From Halocafeteria seosinensis (lineage: Eukaryota), in NCBI GenBank assembly GCA_001687465.1, contig LVLI01000156.1:186001-214095 (forward strand): a stretch of 28,095 bases of DNA. Direction: 5' to 3'. Shown piece by piece: positions 1 to 11,345 of the stretch. Every line of letters starts with the position of its first letter. Positions within the stretch are counted from its first letter, which is position 1. Below the pieces are notes generated by a model. It had not been told where the DNA came from. It ran no database searches and saw only the letters and a program-made list of their open reading frames with translations. Made by a program: the position numbers and the translations under genes.

Positions 1-105
1 CCGGAGCTTCCGTAATTCCTTCCGCGAGAGCTGCTGCTGCTGCTGCTTCTGACCCTCCGCGGGAGCAGCCCCTCCCATTGCTGTTTTCTTCTTACCTTTG
101 GCCAT
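1..105 (-). CDS. 5' end of an unidentified gene running off the window edge
   Basis: ATG at 105 opens MAKGKKKTAMGGAAPAEGQKQQQQQLSRKELRKLR, which stays open to position 1. It is basic with a Q5 (CAG) tract, suggestive of a nuclear/nucleolar protein, but too short to assign. Confidence 0.6.
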   Translation of the reverse strand, partial: MAKGKKKTAMGGAAPAEGQKQQQQQLSRKELRKLR

Positions 106-804
106 TTCCCCTCTCATAGCACACTCGTATACATTTCTCCCTAGGTGCCAATACCCTTCAAAGACAAGTTAACAGCTAGTGTACAGGCGTGAACATTTTG
201 TGAAGTTGAGGTCATCTTGAAGTTTTTCGGGTTGATACGAGGGTAGGTATGCTTCTAAACTTCATGTTTGCAAACTTCTACACTTCGTAAAATTGAGGCC
301 TTTGCGACTCAGCGCGGCGACTCCGCCGATATTGGATGCGTGCGGTGGATAAATGCGCTACTGTTTGCATATGAGGACGCACATCGGGGTAAAAGTTGTC
401 AGTGTTTGAATCATACCCCGGACACAGGCTCGCGGAACTAAAACCACTGGTTGTTGCGGTCCATGTAGCGTGAGATCAGGTAGTTCGGTCTAATTGCCGA
501 ATTGTTGCGGGTTTTATTCTACTAACAGCATCTCTCCGTCTGAATTAAAAAAGTCCGTGGGAAAGTTCTTTGGACGCTGTACAGGCCAGCGTTCCCAGGA
601 AGAAACTCTCGGATATTCATTGTGATGAGATGTTTCTTCGCCAGACGCACGTACGTATTGCGGTGCTGCGCGGGGAGAACATTTTCGATCGACTTCTTCG
701 TGTAGGCCTTCCAAGTAGTCTTTCCAAGACTTCTGCAACGTAGCGATTCAGCCTGCAAACACTACCCTGGGTCATCAATGAGCGTGCTTTACGAAGAACT
801 AATT

Positions 805-1260
805 GCGTACGCATCTAGGAACTCTTTTAGTGTTCTTGCAGTGTGCCACTGATTGCTTCTGTCACTTTGGGTTACTATTAACTTACTAGCTGCCGCCGCG
901 AATTCACGGTTTTTTGGGTTTCATCGACGTGAATTCCTTTGGGGAGCAAATCTGCTCCTTACGGGAGCCGAAACATGCTCCTGGCTAAATGACAACTACT
1001 CCATCAGCATACTTACCTGGCATAAGGGACATTGTCCAACGCATCGACTACAAGAGTGAACGTAAACCACCGTTTTTAGCTGAGCTTTCTTCGAGGAATG
1101 GTATGTATCCTTCAGTAGAGGGCTGTGGTTACATGTGCTTCTTACTTGCAAGCATCAGTATAGGCTTCGGACGGGACATGTAACAGTTTGATGCTGGTTT
1201 CGTCCAAATTCAGCACAAGATCCGGAGGAGTCAGTAGAGCAGATAGAGCCATTGTGCCAT
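805..1260 (-). mobile_element. Probable degenerate pogo/Tigger-like (DDE_1) transposase remnant
   Basis: One frame reads TPPDLVLNLDETSIKLL (first catalytic Asp motif, N.DET), then through stops KRWFTFTLVVDALDNVP and LLPK. After a frameshift it reads TQSDRSNQWHTARTLKEFLDAY. Motif order matches DDE_1 transposases. There are several in-frame stops and no TIRs were found. Confidence 0.45.
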
Positions 1261-2030
1261 CATAATATTCTCATCCCGAGAAAACTCCTGGTGATACTGG
1301 GACAGCTCACTACGTATTTTACCAAATAGCACATACTCCTTGTGATAAGATATACATTTTCGATGGATAATATGGTATTTGGCGACGCTTCAAGGGGGGC
1401 CCCCTTTTCTAAATCCGGTATTCGTCTAACCCTAAGTTGTTGGGCCCAAACGATCACAAAGCCGGGTGAAGAACACTTGTGTCGATCTATCTCCGCGATT
1501 CATTGTCCTCAATGTTCCAATCAAACTCACAACCAGTTATTCAGCATAAAATGACAATCCAGACACCCTATATAGAGGTAACAAAAAAACTTTCAAAGTG
1601 CAATCCAAGCATTGTCCGTACCAATTTGAATTCACATTCCTTCGCGACTTAAAGGCGTAGCTTGCCTTATAGTTTACAGACTGTAAATTACAGCTTGTAC
1701 ATGACTTGTTTCGTGATAACACTTATATCGTACAAGATAGTTCCTAAGTGCCATTATTTCTGAACCAACCGCTGTCCCATACTGCGTCGCAACGCCACGC
1801 TGGAATATTGTTGGTATAACCCTGCAGGTGCTGACAATCTTATACTTCTCTCCAATCCAAGCAGTACCGCGCTCGCTGAAACGGACTGATCACTACTAAC
1901 TGCCGCGAATTCCATTGGAATTTGATAGGAGAATGTTTCAGTTATTTCGAATGAGGTTCCTTCGGGTAGTCCCAGTAACACCGGTACACTTGACGGGGCA
2001 ATGCGTAGGTACGCGCAGTAAGCCGTCGCA

Positions 2031-3173
2031 TTACAACACTTTGGGATCCTGTGCTCTCACCAATGATATGTTCACGTTGTAAAACGGGAATGATTCAACG
2101 ACTCCACTTTGACGATTTATTGCTTCTGCAAATTTGTGGTATTCAAGAGAGAATGCATCACAAGGATGATGCAAATGAGGACCGCTGCAACTGGGAATAT
2201 TTCTATTTGCCGACTTAAGGATGGAAACACGCCTCCAAAATGACGAAGGCTGGAGGGAGAGTAAGTGCCTCGTATGGTTTGCTGCTGCATTGTACAATCT
2301 CATATCTAACGTATTCCTGCGGGTGATGGCTTGTACCGTTTCCTTCCGAAGTTGTTTCGAAGTACGGATGCACTTAGTTTTAGAATGGACTCTGTTGGGG
2401 AGGGGGACAAGTTTTGTGTAGAGTGCATCTGAAATATTCCAGCCAAATGTGTCGGTCATTAAAAGCATCAGCTCGTCAAACTGCTCAAGTAAGATCCAAA
2501 AGTATTCATAGAAGCCTGTTCGTAGAAAGTCGTCCATTTCTTTGGGGCTGAAGATACCAAGATCTCGAGACATAGAGTTGTTGACATCGTAATACTTCAG
2601 AGAAGAGGAGCGGCAGCCGAAAAAGTAGTAACTGGAGATGACACGAGATACTGGTTCTCGCAGTACAGTAGTAAATCGCGGATTTCCCAGGGAGTTCCGG
2701 AAGCTGGCTATAAGTTGTCTCCAGTTGACGTTCCGGGCATTCAGTTCTTTGCTGTGGTGTAACATGCTGATATCTCCCTGCTTACTCTTACTTAATTGTA
2801 AGTGTTTGCCCCGTTTGGGGACCAGGAATCGGAGTCGTCTCCTAGCACCGAAACGCCAGAATATCGAGGCTAGCGTAGTGGAACCAGTCTTATGGGTTTT
2901 AACAAAAGCAAACTTGTACATGGATCTCCAATGGGCTACATCGCTGTCAGATGGAGAGTGCGTGGGCATGAGCGTGACAGAGGCGTTCACTGTGTCCGTA
3001 TCTTGACCTCGCGGTGGGATACCGTTGACAAGCCCACCGTCCGTCGTGGGCTTGAAAGCTGTCACTTTGTCTATGGAGAGTCGATTATCTGGTCGATTGT
3101 TGTGTCTGTCGAGCCAGAATGCGGCTGTGATGAGAAGCGACAAGGAAACGAGCCAAACAGCAGTATGACCCAT
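2031..3173 (-). CDS. Galactose-3-O-sulfotransferase-like type II membrane sulfotransferase (380 aa, intronless)
   Basis: N-terminal TM segment (AVWLVSLSLLITAAFWL), 5'-PSB loop FVKTHKTGSTT, 3'-PB motif VLREPVSRVISSYYF, plus LEQFDELMLL and NTLDMRLY. First ATG is at 3173; the ORF-track start at 3239 is TTG. Confidence 0.85.
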   Translation of the reverse strand: MGHTAVWLVSLSLLITAAFWLDRHNNRPDNRLSIDKVTAFKPTTDGGLVNGIPPRGQDTDTVNASVTLMPTHSPSDSDVAHWRSMYKFAFVKTHKTGSTTLASIFWRFGARRRLRFLVPKRGKHLQLSKSKQGDISMLHHSKELNARNVNWRQLIASFRNSLGNPRFTTVLREPVSRVISSYYFFGCRSSSLKYYDVNNSMSRDLGIFSPKEMDDFLRTGFYEYFWILLEQFDELMLLMTDTFGWNISDALYTKLVPLPNRVHSKTKCIRTSKQLRKETVQAITRRNTLDMRLYNAAANHTRHLLSLQPSSFWRRVSILKSANRNIPSCSGPHLHHPCDAFSLEYHKFAEAINRQSGVVESFPFYNVNISLVRAQDPKVL

Positions 3174-3584
3174 TGTCCCGTAGTCTCTTGCCCGTTGAGC
3201 TCGATTGACTTCAGGTTGTGATCCGCTTGTACCGCTCAAGACCTCTCTGCATTGCCTCGTTTACGGAAGTGCCCTGGACTATTTTGCTATTACGACATAC
3301 AGATTACATGCGCTTGCTGGAAACATCGGCAAGTTGTCCAGAAGTTCATCCACGTTGGATGCATACACGCATGGTGCTCTTTCTCACTCTGGTACAACCA
3401 TAACGTTCCCAAGTAAATACTTACATTTGTACCCACCAGTTGTGCCACATACGGCGACAAGTTGCCAGAACAAAGAACCCTTGTGAAGTTGGGGATTTTC
3501 GTGTTAAAGTCCGTGTATACAATGCTCCATAGAGGTGCGACTTGTCATTTTAGTATATGATTCATTGTATGAGCAAGAGAGACA

Positions 3585-4973
3585 ATGGATAGTCGAATCA
3601 ATGAACTCATAAGCCGCGAAAAGGAGCGGAGGAGGAGAAGCTCCATGGAGGCGGCTATTCTCAGTGCTTGTTTACAGAGTATTTCAGTGTGGTCAGAGGC
3701 CACACAAGTCATTCTGGACGAGAATAAGGTCGATTTCGACGAGTTCCAAGTGCAAGCACTTCTAGGAGGAATGACAAATGAGCTCTTCACGTGTACGCTT
3801 CCGGAGAGACTTTGCTCCACCAGGGAATTGAAACGATTTTCCACCGTTGTGGTTAGATTACTAGCTGCTGATTTAGAAGAAGCCTTTGATCGGCAACAAG
3901 AAACCAAACTCATGGAGTATGTTGCCAGGAAAACAAATATCAGTCCTCAGGTACTAGGCTGCATGACGTCGTCTACGTTCAAGAGTATCTTGGAACGAAT
4001 GACCAGTCCTGGGGACGCTAGTCCTGAGAGAGCGAATGCGTTGCGCTTTGAAGAGTTTATGCATGGTGAACCGGTCAGTAGGACAAACCTCATGCAAGAG
4101 CCTACGCTGTTGCAAGCAGCCGAACGCATGGCTCAACTACATCGCCTAAGGATGTTGGGTGCAGACGGGGATCCCCCAATGCTTGACAAACTGCTGGATG
4201 TCTACGCAAGAATGGCTCAAATTGAGGAGAAGGATGTTGATTCACGCTTTCCTAAAGAATATGCTGAGTTACTTGAAGAGCTTAATTGGAGAAAAGAAAT
4301 CAATTATGTCAAGCAACTGGGAAGAGAAAGGTAGGTGTTCCGATGCCGGATCGTGCATTGAATCTGATCGACCCTCACGCGTTTTTATTGCAGGGGCGGA
4401 CCAATCGTCCTATGCCATAACGATAGTCAGGAGGGCAACTGGATAATCCTGAAATCCCGTAGTAGGTCGAGGGAGAGTCTAGAATCGGATAGCAGTTCCA
4501 CCAGGGAGCACAACCCGCTCAGACTACTAGACTATGAATATAGCGGGTATAATTACAGAGGATACGACTTTGCAAACTTATTCAGTGAATTCGTTATAGA
4601 TTATGAGACCACAGATTTTCCAGGATTTGAGATTTATGAGAAAGATTTCCCTTCGGATGACAAAATGGTACTGTTCTTTAACCGCTATATCGAATACCTA
4701 CGGAAGCGAGAGCCGGCCACAACAGCAGTGACGGATAGGGGGGGTATCGTGGACACGAGAGGGCAAAACAGCACTTTTTCATTAACTACTAGTTCGCTTA
4801 TCAGCGAAACTAAAGCAATGGTGCCTGCAGTACATCTTTTATGGGCTCTGTGGTGTCTTGTCATGTACCGGGCCAAATCCGTAGCTGTGTCAAACGGGAG
4901 CCTGCAAGAGCCAGAGTTCGGGTTCCTACAATACGGAAAAGAGCGAGCCCGCTTGTACAAAGCGACAAAGTGA
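3585..4973 (+). CDS. Choline/ethanolamine kinase (2 exons: 3585-4330, 4394-4973; 441 aa)
   Basis: N-lobe LLGGMTNELF and RFEEFMHG. Removing the 63-nt GTAGGT..TGCAG intron (4331-4393) restores the Brenner motif VLCHNDSQEGN and the choline kinase motif LLDYEYSGYNYRGYDFANLFSE. C-terminal HLLWALW and FGFLQYG. Confidence 0.92.
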
Positions 4974-5010
4974 ACAGCAAGACGCTATTGTATTGATCCA
5001 CTACGATCCA

Positions 5011-8000
5011 CTACGAAGCTTCCATACCCAAAGTTAGCCGGATATTCATGGCGGCAAGCTCATTGACCAAGTACCGGAAGACATAGGGCAGCGCTGTTTC
5101 CACACAATAATTACCAGTATCGCAAGAAAGACAGAAGTATTTCTGATCCTTCTCTACAACACTATTTTCATTATTCGAGCCGAATGAGCTGGCAAATTGT
5201 TCACTGCGAGGCTTTTGGAGCGTCGAAATAAGCTGACCACAGTTACGGCAGACGATTGCAATGTGGCGATCTGAGCAGTTCATCAGGCGATCTTGGACCA
5301 AGAACGCTGTTCCATGAGCTAAAAGGGAATCTCGTTCCATTTCTCCCAAGCGGATTCCTCCCTGGTTTTTCCGTCCCTTGACCGGCTGTCTCGTAAGGTT
5401 ATTGATAGGACCTGTTGAACGGACTTGGCTCTTATCGCTCACCATGTGGCGAAGTCGTTGATAGTAGACGACTCCCATATAAATATGGACATGGAGCTCC
5501 GTTCCTGATATACCTGAATACATTGGCTCGGCACCATAATAGCTATACCCTGCTTTTTCAAGCTGTTCTCCGAAAAAATCCACCGCCCGTTGCTGCTCAC
5601 CAAACCGAAACGGAGTGCTATCCTGAAAGCGGCCATGCATAGCCCCAGCTTTTCCTGCCATACTTTCTACCAACATTCCAATAGTCATACGCGAGGGAAA
5701 CGCGTGCGGATTTATGATCACATCGGGGCTGATGCCACTCTCGCTAAACGGCATATCCTCTTGTGGCCAAAGCATAGATAGAATGCCTTTTTGCCCATGT
5801 CGGGAACTAAATTTATCTCCCACGACCGGATTTCGGTCAAACCGGAGCCTTATTGACACTTTCTGTAGGGGGCCTCGACTCGATCCCGTTCCACCGAACG
5901 CTGTATCGCCGCCGCCGAGAACTTTCACCTCCTCAACGAAGGCCGGTTCACTTTCCTTGTGTCTCGCAATCTTCGTTTGTCCAGTAACCGTGTCTTTCAC
6001 GCAATAAAGGGGTTCTCCAGATCCAATGCGTATACCTACTGGTGGCAATCCATCTCCATCCAGTGTTTCTACGGCCTTATTCTTCCCTGTTCGCCGTCGC
6101 TGCTCAACTGTGGGCTCATTAGAAAACACCATTTCATTCGCGCTTTTGCTTTTTCCATCGACGAGATCAATAGTGTAATTCTTGTAAACACTTGCATGAG
6201 CAAACCCCCTTTCATAGGCAGACTTATTCACTATCATTGCATCTTCCATATCATAGCCTGTGTAAGATATTACAGCCACGACCGCATTTGTTCCAGCCGG
6301 GTACTCATCTAGTCCTAAACTGCTCTGGGCAATATTTTGCACCAGAGGCGCCTGAGGTGTCTGAATCTTGTACAGCTTATTGTCCGTACGGTAGTTGTAA
6401 GCGTGAGACGGAACCCCCATCGTCTGCTTCGCCATTTGGCATTGATACATATTTCTCGGTGACTGATTCAGATCGCTAAACGGGGTCAACGACGCTGCCA
6501 CTGACAACATACCCATGGGGGATAATTCTATGTGCGTGTACGGATGCAGTGGCGGCTGTTTCAGATCCTCCCCCAGAATCGCATCACCAGCCTTTTTGTC
6601 GCCTTCTGAAGCCCGCCGAATTAGTTCAGAAGCTTTTTCTCGCTCTTCATTTGATAGCCCAATGACGTCAACTATATCCTCCGGAGTGCACGCGATATCT
6701 AAATGAACTTGTTCGTTGGAGCTAACCAGTTCCACTTGACCGGACCAGAGCTGCCTTGTCGGACGAATTGCTCGCCCAGGCTGAGTAGAGAGAAAGAGCC
6801 CCGGGAACGTACCGGTCAGTTCTGCTCCTGTACATCTGCCGTAGCGGAAATCATACGGGCTGGGGCTACTTTCCGGGTTCTCATCACTGTCTGAACTTGA
6901 TGAATTAGTAGACGCATTCCCGGCCGGAGATTTCCTTGTCGCAGAGTCAGGGTCCGATGTACTCTCGGCTCGTTTCTTTGTGCTATCCATCGCTCTAGCC
7001 GTATCGAACGGAGTCTGATAATCTGCCGGAGGGATGAGGGATACCTCAAGCGATGGCGGAACCCAATAATGGTCTTCAGGATTTCTGTTGTCGTCCAAAA
7101 TAGCCGTCCCCATCGCAGCCTTTGCCGTAAACGAGAACTTGTTAAGATTTAGACGTTCACGGCTACTTTTCGTAAGCGTGCCAGAAGACCCTTGTTTGGC
7201 TTCTTCTTCTTCTCGTGTCTGTTTGTAGCGGTGCTGATAACAGTCCTGCACGCATATGTTACCTTCCCCTATCATTGTGGCTCCAGCTTTTGCTTTAAGT
7301 CTCCGTAGAGCCCTAGCAACTCGAACAAGGGTTTTGACAGAGCCGCCTCCAACAAGCTTACCATCTAGCATAACTGGCAGATGATCATGGGGCATCACCG
7401 TTCCAAGTGAAGGATACGGAATTACACCAAGAGAGATTAGAAGCCGAGAAAGTGCTGGTGCTTCTACAGGATAGGACACCACCTGACAGGGTGCGGCTAA
7501 ATGGTTCAGCAATCCACACGGCGCGCCGTCCGGAGTGTGTACTGGACAGAGATATCCCCAACATTCCGGCAAGAGTTTCCGGACGGCAGTTGTCTTCATT
7601 GTCGAGAAGTATTGCCCACGATGTACGGCACGAAAGTGAGTAAGAAATCTCAAAAAGTTAATCTTATCAGCTACAACCGTAAAACCACTGTTCTGCATTA
7701 GATCTAATCCGGAGGAGGACTGCAAGTTTCCGGTAGCTAGGAAATTGTACATCTTCTTGCCAATGTCCGGTTGCATTTCTACACTGCGACGAAAATACTC
7801 CAAGTCAAAGACATTCGGAACAGAACCACTCCTGCTCTGCTGGGTCAGGTTTCCAGGGACATATGCCTTTCCCAATCGTACATCTCGACTTAACTTATCT
7901 TGGATACCTTTCAATATTTCTTCTAATTTTTCTTTCAAAGTCATCAAGTACAGATGTCCAGTTAGCAACAGCTCTTGATTAGCAAAACTATCGGGATTGT

Positions 8001-9234
8001 CTTCGATGATCTGTCCAGCAACGAAAGCGTAGAGTTTACGCATCATTAGAACCATCACATCAAACTTTGCGGTATTTTCTGAGAGATGAACCAGTATAAA
8101 GCGATCCAACAACATTTTCCCCGCGTCAACGTCTGTTATGGTTGCCGGCATATCAAGGATAGATCGAAAGCATTGTCCAAGGTACCGGAGGACATCTTCG
8201 CGACTGCCCAAACTAAACGATTCAGCAGTATCAGTCAAAAGCAATTCCATGCGGTCAGCGAGATACGTGTTTTTTGAATCCCCAGCCAAAACGCGATCAA
8301 AAATTTCCCGATCGGTAGTATCCTTCAAACCTTTGAGGATGAGTACAGCAGGTATGAAAAACTCTTGCCTCCTCAATGAGAATCGAACCATAGCGTTCCC
8401 ATTTAATAAATAATGGAGAGTGATCGTGACGCTTGTTTGATCTCTACGAACGCATCGCATCGTAACGGCTTTCGTACTGTAAAGTGACCCCCGCTTGACG
8501 TAAGAGGATCGTGTCACAGCCATTGGGTAATTCCTCTTCGGGATTTGCAACATCCGAACTACCCGTTCAATCCCATTGCAGATGAAATATCCTCCAAACT
8601 CGGTGGCATCTTCCTTCTGTTGCACAAGTTCGGCAGGAGATAAACCAGCCAAATGGCATCGGTTGGAACGCACCATAACGGGAATAACACCTAATTTCAC
8701 TTGGATTTTTTCGGCTTGTCCTCCTTCGACACGTCGTCCAATAGTTGCTATCAAGTTACCCGCATAGGTCAGCTTCCGCTCTCTGCATTCACTCGGCCAC
8801 AATCTGCTATCATTGTCCGAGGAGTCTGTCTTTACTGGAGATGTAATTACAGCGTCTTCGATCCATATTTGCAATTTTTTCCCGGGACGTTCCATGTCCT
8901 GATCTTCCTCTTCTTCCTCGGCGCTGGATTCCCCGTCCTTTGAAGAGATGATGAATTCCCGAGCAGGCAGGTCGGCGATCGCCTCGGCGAGTCCTTCATC
9001 CACGGCATAATTAAACGACTGAATATGAGGCAAAGCGAGCTCAGCAAGACGTATATGAGTATCTCGTGGCAATCCTGTATTGGAGTAACTCGGCACGAAT
9101 TTCGTGCCATGTTTGTATCCACTAGAGCTGCTATTTCCACTCATCTGAACGCTCGATGACTGGCTCTGTCCATTTTCCGTAGTTCCATCCTTATTCTGCG
9201 AGGAGGAGGCTTGTGTAGCGTCCGTAGAGGGCAT
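5011..9234 (-). CDS. RPA2: RNA polymerase I second-largest subunit (~1407 aa, apparently intronless)
   Basis: PHIQSFN, GGYFICNGIERVVRML, FRAVHRGQYF..MKTTAVRKLLPECWG, CPVHTPDGAPCGLLNH, NQSPRNMYQCQMAKQTMG, GYDMEDA, GDKFSSRHGQKG, YYQRLRHMVSDK, GEMERD and C-terminal CRNC..CLSC zinc site. These are Pol I-type variants of the motifs. Start placed at MPSTD (9234); the frame stays open further upstream. Confidence 0.96.
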   Translation of the reverse strand: MPSTDATQASSSQNKDGTTENGQSQSSSVQMSGNSSSSGYKHGTKFVPSYSNTGLPRDTHIRLAELALPHIQSFNYAVDEGLAEAIADLPAREFIISSKDGESSAEEEEEDQDMERPGKKLQIWIEDAVITSPVKTDSSDNDSRLWPSECRERKLTYAGNLIATIGRRVEGGQAEKIQVKLGVIPVMVRSNRCHLAGLSPAELVQQKEDATEFGGYFICNGIERVVRMLQIPKRNYPMAVTRSSYVKRGSLYSTKAVTMRCVRRDQTSVTITLHYLLNGNAMVRFSLRRQEFFIPAVLILKGLKDTTDREIFDRVLAGDSKNTYLADRMELLLTDTAESFSLGSREDVLRYLGQCFRSILDMPATITDVDAGKMLLDRFILVHLSENTAKFDVMVLMMRKLYAFVAGQIIEDNPDSFANQELLLTGHLYLMTLKEKLEEILKGIQDKLSRDVRLGKAYVPGNLTQQSRSGSVPNVFDLEYFRRSVEMQPDIGKKMYNFLATGNLQSSSGLDLMQNSGFTVVADKINFLRFLTHFRAVHRGQYFSTMKTTAVRKLLPECWGYLCPVHTPDGAPCGLLNHLAAPCQVVSYPVEAPALSRLLISLGVIPYPSLGTVMPHDHLPVMLDGKLVGGGSVKTLVRVARALRRLKAKAGATMIGEGNICVQDCYQHRYKQTREEEEAKQGSSGTLTKSSRERLNLNKFSFTAKAAMGTAILDDNRNPEDHYWVPPSLEVSLIPPADYQTPFDTARAMDSTKKRAESTSDPDSATRKSPAGNASTNSSSSDSDENPESSPSPYDFRYGRCTGAELTGTFPGLFLSTQPGRAIRPTRQLWSGQVELVSSNEQVHLDIACTPEDIVDVIGLSNEEREKASELIRRASEGDKKAGDAILGEDLKQPPLHPYTHIELSPMGMLSVAASLTPFSDLNQSPRNMYQCQMAKQTMGVPSHAYNYRTDNKLYKIQTPQAPLVQNIAQSSLGLDEYPAGTNAVVAVISYTGYDMEDAMIVNKSAYERGFAHASVYKNYTIDLVDGKSKSANEMVFSNEPTVEQRRRTGKNKAVETLDGDGLPPVGIRIGSGEPLYCVKDTVTGQTKIARHKESEPAFVEEVKVLGGGDTAFGGTGSSRGPLQKVSIRLRFDRNPVVGDKFSSRHGQKGILSMLWPQEDMPFSESGISPDVIINPHAFPSRMTIGMLVESMAGKAGAMHGRFQDSTPFRFGEQQRAVDFFGEQLEKAGYSYYGAEPMYSGISGTELHVHIYMGVVYYQRLRHMVSDKSQVRSTGPINNLTRQPVKGRKNQGGIRLGEMERDSLLAHGTAFLVQDRLMNCSDRHIAIVCRNCGQLISTLQKPRSEQFASSFGSNNENSVVEKDQKYFCLSCDTGNYCVETALPYVFRYLVNELAAMNIRLTLGMEAS

Positions 9235-9755
9235 TTTGTAGGTGTAGGTTCTCTCAAGTGGACGTGAAGGTGAAGTGGGACTGACACAAGGTCTTCTGGC
9301 CACTCGAATGGAGGTTCCTGAGGGCCAAAAGAGTGAAACCCTATAAACAGAGAAAACAGGATTGAATTTTTTGTACGCAAGCACTGTACTGTGTGCAAAT
9401 CCTGCGTACTTAGCGGCTGTGACAAAAAGAAATGCCTCCATCATATCTGAAACTAAAGATTGTTCGATTCGAGGTTCGGTCATTCGGACAACCAGATATA
9501 TATAAGTTCCTAAGCTAGTTTTCAACAATTTCCATTTTGCCGGTGCCATGGCGAATCTTTTACAAGTGGGTTGGCATGTGCGAGCTGATAGCACATAAGA
9601 TCTGACCACTACGGCTCCGGCTCGTGAAAGTTAAATATACGAACTCGAAGACAGTTATAAACGACCATTTGTAGCCAGTTCCGTTGTACCATATCAATTA
9701 GGTTGAACAGCATCCATCTTCATCGTGCCCTTGTAAACCATATCAGTGGAGGGTA

Positions 9756-10933
9756 TCATTCCGTCACATTGTCATAGAGACATTTGAACGGCAATTTCTC
9801 GCTGTCTCGCTGCAACCAGTTACGTTGAGGGTATTCAACGCTTGAAGTGCCTTCGATTACATGGATGCTATAAGCATGACGAGTACTCGTTGAGTGGTTT
9901 TCCTCGCTGCAGAGCAAATCAGTAGTCGCATTTTTTCGGCGAGAATAGGCTTTGTACATCCACATTAGCGCGTACCTGTAATGGACGACGGCGTTGTGCA
10001 GTACTACGGCGTCACCAGCTTGCATATGTAACGGTATCGCTCCTTCCGTGCTGAGCGAGGCTGATTCCCCTTCACTAGGAACGAACTCAGTTCCTTCCTC
10101 GCCATCTTTCCGTCGGAACCATTTTTGGACGCCTTGCTTATGGCTTCCAGGAACAGCCCATAAGCAACCATTGCTTTCGTCGCAGTCTTCCAAAGCGCAC
10201 CAGATGCCGACTACAGATTGAGGGTGGGTATATAAAAAAGTGCCATCCTGATGAGGTCGTACTTCCCCTCCGAACTCAGCCTGTTTCGTAATATACATGC
10301 TCTGCACCGGAAGAGGTCGTTCGTATCCCAGAGATTTGCAAATACCGGCGAAGTAGGGTGAATATGATATCCTTTGGAAGACATCATCCAGGTCATGGAG
10401 TGCTGAAATGATCAACATACATTCCAATTGATACTTTCTGATACAACATTAAGAACTCAGGTTTTCCGAAAACCGTACCATGTCCGATTTTATTGATACA
10501 GTATTCCCTCGGTTTCCTTAAGGAACCATCTTCGTTGAATGCTTTCTCCTCGAAGAAGAATCTGATTTTATCTCCACTTTCCAAAAAGTATTTATCCCTG
10601 TTCTGCAGAGACAAATTTAGCCGTTGGTACCGAGCGTGAACCCAAGTCAATGTTGTAACGAGCTCGGGGAGATTCGACGTACCTGCTTCCCAGGTTTGGT
10701 CGAGAAGACGGAAATGTGGTCTTCCGGCATCTCCGTCAGTAGCTTCATCGCCCTCTCTCTGCAACCGTGTAAGAGATGAATCAATGCTGAGCGTCCGTGC
10801 AGCGATAGAGTAACCCTTACCGGGCCTGATCCACCAATGTTGAGGATAATGCGCCTCGCAGTACTAAAAACCCATCCCGTTGGAATTGGTGCACTTGCTC
10901 CTGGGTCAGACTATTTCCAATTGTACCCTCCAT
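9756..10933 (-). CDS. PHYHD1: Phytanoyl-CoA dioxygenase domain protein, PHYHD1-like (5 exons: 10933-10821, 10758-10683, 10602-10479, 10402-9976, 9906-9756; 296 aa)
   Basis: FQRDGFLVL, YFLESGDKIRFFFEEKAF, INKIGHALHDLD, QSMYITKQ..GGEVRPHQDGTFLYT (HxD), NGCLWAVPGSH, VVHYSEEN and RHAYSIH. Four GT-AG introns (62, 80, 76, 69 nt) give one continuous frame. Confidence 0.92.
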
Positions 10934-11345
10934 CTTTCCTGTTTCCCCCTTCGTCAAGGGCGAATGTGCAGCTGTGTACACATAAACCATGCTATGGCCT
11001 GTTCTGTCAATCAACGTTAACGAGGGACAATGAACGTTTGAATCAAACGATCCGGTCTAACTTCACAATTTGAAAGCGAATGTGAAGGTGGGTGGGATAC
11101 GGTATTTAATCGTCGGTATTACGGCTGTTGAGTTTCCGCAGGTTGTGGCTTTGTATTGTACACAAACTCTAGCAGAGTACATTTCTTTGACGGTTGGTGG
11201 ATGTATGTATGTGTGTATACCGGTATATGTATATATAAATCGATGGTTAGCACTTGGTCACACCGGCCGCCGCAGATAGGCAGCTACTCTACGGCTAAGC
11301 GTGGTACCGTAAGAGGATATTAAGTCCGCGCGTAGATACTATGTA

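Noticed and set aside
1009..1022. ATACTTACCTGGCA, identical to the 5' end of U1 snRNA
   Set aside because: The downstream sequence lacks the U1-70K loop (GATCA), the U1A loop (ATTGCAC) and a properly placed Sm site. It also reads as a minus-strand donor-like CAG/GTAAGT inside the putative transposase relic.
904..1252. Alternative small spliced gene on the minus strand giving ..ACNRCVGQCPLCQIC..
   Set aside because: It needs a 98-nt TAG-ending intron outside the local pattern and yields only ~60 aa with no recognisable family. The transposase-relic reading explains more motifs.
1754..1981. ORF with LLGLPEGTSFEITETF, faintly like an MPN-domain strand
   Set aside because: No ATG start, no other MPN motifs and no credible upstream exon.
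9235..9609. 125-codon upstream extension of the RPA2 ORF, containing an AAACCCTA telo-box-like motif at 9336-9343
   Set aside because: No resemblance to RPA2 N-termini, so it is probably promoter/UTR open by chance. A single 8-mer is not sufficient evidence for a regulatory site.
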